Position numbers and translations under genes: made by a program. A stretch of DNA of 25,197 nucleotides. Source: Streptococcaceae bacterium (lineage in GTDB: Bacteria > Bacillota > Bacilli > Lactobacillales > Streptococcaceae). Of this stretch, positions 24,991 to 25,197 are shown piece by piece. Below the pieces are notes generated by a model. It made no database searches. It was not told the DNA's origin and saw nothing but the letters and a program-made list of their open reading frames with translations. Numbering within the stretch: the stretch's first letter is position 1; each line of letters begins with the position of its first letter. The DNA lies in the NCBI GenBank assembly GCA_031285105.1, contig JAITWV010000169.1:1-25197 (forward strand), written 5' to 3'.

Positions 24991-25197
24991 ATGTCTGAAG
25001 AACTTTTGAACCAGGAAGAAAATGAACAGCTAGCACCTTCAGAAGAGGATTTGGTGGAATCAGAAGAGGTTTCGATTGAAAATGAAGAAGAAAGCGATGC
25101 GCCTTTAGATGAACCTTTACTGGAAGTAGTTGAAGAACCCATGCCTGAACTGCATCCAAACTTACTCGCACCAGAGGTAGAAGAATCAATGGAAGAA
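24991..25197 (+). CDS. 5' part of a highly acidic protein (partial), not in ORF track
   Basis: SD AAGGAGG, ATG 24991, open to the window end: MSEELLNQEENEQLAPSEEDLVESEEVSIENEEESDAPLDEPLLEVVEEPMPELHPNLLAPEVEESMEE. Confidence 0.75.
   Translation, partial: MSEELLNQEENEQLAPSEEDLVESEEVSIENEEESDAPLDEPLLEVVEEPMPELHPNLLAPEVEESMEE

Noticed and set aside
24968-25189. 73-aa minus-strand ORF at the window end
   Set aside because: Shadow of the + strand acidic ORF, which has a strong SD and ATG at 24991.

Overview
This window covers the right end of the early/middle region and most of the morphogenesis module of a long-tailed, HK97-type, probably cos-packaging siphophage or prophage. The host is probably a low-GC Firmicute, inferred from composition and gene families. 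Gene order on the + strand: a chain of tiny translationally coupled ORFs (several missed by the ORF track), an SPFH membrane protein, a RinA/ArpU-like late activator, a packaging HNH, then TerS (P27), TerL, portal, ClpP-type protease, major capsid, four head-tail joining proteins, phi13-type major tail, a tail chaperone with a -1 frameshift, tape measure, Dit, a 1280-aa Tal/fibre with two repeat arrays, and small downstream genes. The unusual part is about 2.7 kb between the HNH gene and the putative cos site, where cos phages of this type normally have little sequence. It holds a minus-strand cassette closed by a bidirectional terminator. The cassette contains an unannotated 49-aa basic/hydrophobic peptide with a convergent antisense RNA (own extended -10 and terminator, type I TA-like), a 170-aa orphan, and a 412-aa multidomain protein with motifs recalling mobile-element conflict proteins. 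It is followed by an unexplained GC-rich, T-poor, repeat-containing noncoding block. By analogy with lambda, this would be the first-ejected end of the virion DNA. Note that the ORF track labels 3837..5090 as +, but its protein is encoded on the minus strand. No database searches were run; family assignments come from motif recognition and gene order.
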